Shown: piece by piece, positions 59,244 to 64,000 of the stretch
How positions within the stretch are numbered: position 1 is the stretch's first letter
Layout of the letters: every line of letters starts with the position of its first letter
Assembly: GCF_964204645.1 (NCBI RefSeq)
Contig: NC_134030.1
Location: forward strand, 10,685,947-10,749,946
DNA: 64,000 bases
Direction: 5' to 3'
Origin: Tubulanus polymorphus
Lineage: Eukaryota > Animalia > Nemertea
Position numbers and translations under genes: made by a program
The notes under the pieces: generated by a model
What the model saw: only the letters and a program-made list of their open reading frames with translations
The model's database searches: none
Told to the model about the DNA's origin: nothing

Positions 59244-62200
59244 TACAGAGAAAAAGCTCATGAATTTAAACTTTCTAGGGATCAGTTGAATAGTATTCAT
59301 TTTTCACGTCAAATAGGGCAACTTGATGTATTTCTAGGAGAGGTGTGCAGCCTCCCCTTGGATCCGCCCCAGTATAATTTCTCAGTTCTTAGATAACCCA
59401 TGTGAAGACTGGACGATCAAAATGGGAAGAATACATGGGTCCAGACTGCATATTGAAACCTGCATATAATTGCTGCAACTGGTATATCATTATCTGAGTA
59501 ACCCGTTAATTAAATCATAGAATGAAAAAGAAATTATCTTAAGTTTTTCATTCTACGTGGTTTCAATGGAATGCTTGTTTTAACGTTAACGGTTTGACAA
59601 ACAATGATTTACAGTCGAGCGCGAAAGATGACAGATTGCACGTAAGAAGCACATGCATACAATATATATCTCTAGCAACCATTTTTATACCTGTATTATT
59701 AAAACGCATTTGACTAGTTTCTGTATGGACAGAGATGAAGCGAGAATGAATCGACGCGCACGACCTGGAGTCAGTCGCGCGATTTAAACCAGGTTAAATC
59801 TCCATGAACACGCAACGAGTAAACGTCTTCATTTTGATAATTCAAACTGGTTTAACAAAACGAAATGCTCGTTACGTTTTTCCTTTTCGTAAGCTTCGAG
59901 GGAACGGTAAATATCAGCGAATAGAAAGAGTAAGATGTATATACCGGTATTCGGAATATATGTGAAATTATTGTTGCCAAACTGGTGCATTTTAGTATGT
60001 AATGCTTCTTTTTTTCTCAAGATCTGAGTTACTCGTGACTTTAAGCTAACCGCAAATTGAATGTTCAGTTATCCAGTGGCAATTTATTCGCACTCGGTAC
60101 ATTTTAAACTACATGTATTTGTCATTTCGAAATCGTACGTTTTATATTTCATGTATTCGTGCATTCACGTCAATACAGTACATACATATATATCAAAATG
60201 AAAATAAATCTACTGCAATTAACTCGTTGTTTATGGATATTTAAATATTCTAACTCTTTCCGCTTAAGTATATAAGCCAATTCAAATTACCATATACATG
60301 TAATGCCAATCTCTCTTAGTTGAATCTTTTTTACAGCTATCATAGAATCAAAAGCCTTGATCTCGGGACTCGTCAACAGCGCGACTGACTCCTGATGTTT
60401 TGGGGTGATCTATCATTACAGGGCCCGATCTAAGGAATAAAGGCCATTTGGCCGGGGGCAAGAATATCTGAAATTTCACTTCAAAAGTCTACTTGCCCCA
60501 CACAGTCCAACACACTCATCCGTTGTATCAATTGGAAAAAAGCTTTTGAGACATAAAAATGCACCAGCCCGGCGGACAAGTGATAATGATAACCTACTTG
60601 CCCTGATGATACTTGTACCTGGCAAGTGCTTAGATCAGAACCCGCACTAACACAAATCATGATCAGTTATTAAGGAGAATTACCATGAAACATTGCAATT
60701 TTAACATCATTTGACACACACCTTATCATATCAGATCAGAACCGAGTAAAGTTGACAGAATCTGTTGATGTTTCATGCAAACAATGACCCGATTCATTGT
60801 TATATCTACAGTATAATTGTTAACTAAAGACCCAGTTCCATAGTCTTCTGATTTAGTTAGACTTCATCCAAGACCTCGTTGCAAACTCGACAGTTATGTT
60901 TGACTCTGGAGAGTTAGTGGTATTTCATTTCAAATACATTACTAACTCAAATGCAGGCAAGTTAAACTTTCGCCCAGAATTGTGGAGAACCTAAACTTGG
61001 CATTTTCTATGAATGTTCACTTTGCCCCAGTCATAATTGTTGGTCTTTAAGATTAAGTAGAACACTGGTCCACAGTGGCGTTGGAAGTGCAGCGACTGCA
61101 GCGGCAAAAGCCACAGCGATTATCTACTGAATGAAGTTTTTTTTCTTTGAATACCATGTTTTTGACGAAATTAAAGTAAATTCGACGCAGCAGTCAATAA
61201 TCGGCGATCAAAAATTGCTTCCAACGCACTCGGTCCTCCACAGTTCATATTGCGAGGATTATTCATTACGGTAGTTCATTTCTAATGATTAAACATTTAA
61301 ACTTAAGAACAATCTAGGCCCTGGGTAAAAGGAATAGCACTGCAAGTACTAACCCCTTCAGACGTTCACCGTTTGATGGGTATAGTCTGGAAAATCTGAT
61401 TTTCGATGTACGTCAGTGGTTTAAGCAAAAAAATTGCATTTCAGTTTGAAATCAAAACCCCTGGGACAAGATAGGAAACCCAGTGAAGTCTCAACGATCA
61501 GTTTTTGCATGGACTCTAAAATGAGTCCATGGCATTTTCTTAAGGATGGCGATATAGCGCGTCAATGAGAGTGGATACAGATATATAACACTAACATCTA
61601 CCGATAAATAATTCTCAATTCACCCGATGTAATCGAGTTTTCATTCGGAAGAAACGCAGCTCTACTACAATGGAAGGAGTCATATTTTCAACGACGACCG
61701 TAGAACTGGTTCCTTTCGTTAATTAATAATTCAATAAATATCAATGAAATCTATCATTTAACAACAATATATTTATACCACAGTCGAAGTGTCATCTTAT
61801 TTACAATTAACATAGATTAATTACCATTATTTTGATTGATAGTACTCACGCATTTTGTACAACGGATAAATTTCAATTCGTTTTAAAATCTTATGGCAAA
61901 GTCTTTTAGATATTTTTGCAGCTTTGCGCCATCTTGGTTGGCAAACAAATAAGTGATTTACATGACAAAACTTCCACGTTTGTAAATCCCTTTGTTTATC
62001 TTTTTTGTTGTATGGCAAACAAACTACGATGTCAATCAAGTACGAAACCTCCCTAACCGAGATTGAATCCCGTGAAATTTTCTGGAAAATATCTGAAATT
62101 TCGGGTTTTTCCATTCCTTAGATGAGCAGTGATACATGAGCCCGGTTAAATTTAAATGCCTGGATCCAGTCCCAGAGTGCCGGATAAAATTCAATTCCAG

Positions 62201-63730
62201 GGGTAGAGCATCGAAAATGAACTTCTGTAATTTAACTCGATATCTGAATGACTATGAATTGTAGAACTGGGTCCAGTTACATACTTGGAAAATCGTACCC
62301 GGGCAATGTGCAACTTGGTTCAGGGCTGAATTTTGTCGACTCGCAGTACTTTTTCTCATAGCTACGCCAACTTGTGGGCAACGGATGACAGATCCCTAGT
62401 AGTTGCTTATGGCAGAGATGATGATTTAAAACAATTCAGAAATTCAGCGGTTCCAAAAAGCTCTATAGTTGAAAGCTCTCATACAATCAAACGCCGTAAA
62501 GTCATCCCATTACTGAAGTCGGCTTCGCTTCTGAGACCAAATTTACATTTGCGATTCAAGTTACGAATAATAAGTAATCATTTGGCCAAGTCCGCCACAT
62601 AGGATGATCCCAACTTCTAATACTTAAGTGAGTTTTACTGTATGTAGTAGATTACGGGGCCATACATTAGGTATGTACATGTACACGAATTCTGATATCC
62701 AATTTAAGCGCTATGTCAATATAGAGCCTATAGGGGCCAATATTGGTACCGGTATTCACCCCATACCTCCCCAATAGATGGATACCTTTGTGCCTCTCCT
62801 CCTCAATAGATGGGTGTGAACTAACTTTATGAATGGCCTACTGCCTACGAAAAAATCTATATTTTTCTATTGGACAAAATCTTAAATAACACTGGATGGA
62901 AGACTGCTACCCTAATGCTGTAAATATCAAATGAAATGTGCATACACCGAATAAAGTGATACAGTCAAACTGCTCGGTCTCAGTCATCATAACTGTAACC
63001 ATCATTATTTTGACTTATCCAAATGATGACTAGCACTTAGTCGTTTGAATCGGAAATGAAAAAATTTTTCTCAAAAATAGCAACGACTGCAGAGATGTGA
63101 AGGCCTATCTGATTACGACTAAGCCAGTTTAGACTGTAGAAACCTGGAGGGCCAGTTTAAAATAGACTACCGGTAGACTTCAACTATGAATGAGATAAAC
63201 TGCAGGGCTCGGTTTTATAGACTAGTATTATCTTTAACCCGGGGGCTAACTCAATTCATTATCAATAGAGTTAACCCCTGGGTTAAAGGTAATACCGGTC
63301 TATAAAAACAAGCCCTGGGGGTCTAGTTGAAACCGGTCTATAAAACCGGGCCCGGATTATCAAATCCTCATTTCAACCGTAAATAAATGATTACTTAAAT
63401 CAGCCAACAACATTGATATCAAATAACATTCATTCTTATGTTATGATAATAATCACACGACTCATTGATAGGTCATTTACCTAATTCTTTTCCGATAAAC
63501 ATAAAATTTGATAAATAAAAAGTCAAAAACAACATCCGTAAGTTTTTTAGCGGTACAAAAAAAAACGAGAACACGAAATATCTAATCGTTTTGACGACAA
63601 CGCGGAGCATCTCGAAATCAACTGAAAGAAAAGTGGCATCACAGTTATCGAATTTTTCTTGAAAAAGCGAGTCAAATTTTCAGCCGTACCGGCCACGCGC
63701 GCCCACAATATTCAACGTTTATTGAACCTG

Positions 63731-64000
63731 TCAGGTTTGTTGCGTAGCCGCGTTAATGGCCGACGCGGACACCGCCGGGTTCGTCACGATTATATACGTC
63801 GGAGCGGCGACCGGTAGTCCGGCCGTCTGAGTCGAAACCAGTGTTTGTAAAACATTTTTAGTCGGCAGCAACGTCATCGGAGCGCCCACGCCGCCCCGGG
63901 TCGACCCGCTCGCGCCGTTACTCGTCAATCCGGCAATACCTTTCGTAGTGGTCACGTTGTTTATAACTAACGGCAGTTTATTGTTTATCGGCACGTTTAC
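63731..64000 (-). CDS. 3' end of the terminal exon of an unknown gene (T/A/G/N-rich low-complexity tail), convergent with DARS1
   Basis: Open frame from the window edge to TGA at 63731, with CpG-rich coding-like composition (..PMTLLPTKNVLQTLVSTQTAGLPVAAPTYIIVTNP..). Confidence 0.65.
   Translation of the reverse strand, partial: VNVPINNKLPLVINNVTTTKGIAGLTSNGASGSTRGGVGAPMTLLPTKNVLQTLVSTQTAGLPVAAPTYIIVTNPAVSASAINAATQQT

Overview
Eukaryotic (animal, probably a marine lophotrochozoan) genomic window with AT-rich, repeat-dense introns and CpG-rich exons. Left: an 18-coding-exon separase (ESPL1) gene on the minus strand running off the left edge, head-to-head with a small two-exon orphan gene. Middle (about 21.9-44.3 kb): an accessory region built on an old tandem duplication. 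It holds a Penelope-like retroelement with a hammerhead ribozyme, two foldback-like IS3EU-type non-autonomous transposons with 6-bp TSDs, two intact intronless rhodopsin-type GPCRs, a GPCR pseudogene, a two-exon Cys-rich class-B/adhesion-like GPCR and an orphan secreted-protein exon. Right: a 15-exon cytosolic aspartyl-tRNA synthetase (DARS1) and the last exon of a convergent unknown gene. The most notable unexplained signals are two candidate structured RNAs that I could not assign to known families (about 365 nt just upstream of DARS1, and about 370 nt in DARS1 intron 4) and the orphan gene next to separase, which has securin-like motifs. Exon boundaries were read by hand from GT-AG sites and phase continuity; no database searches were run.
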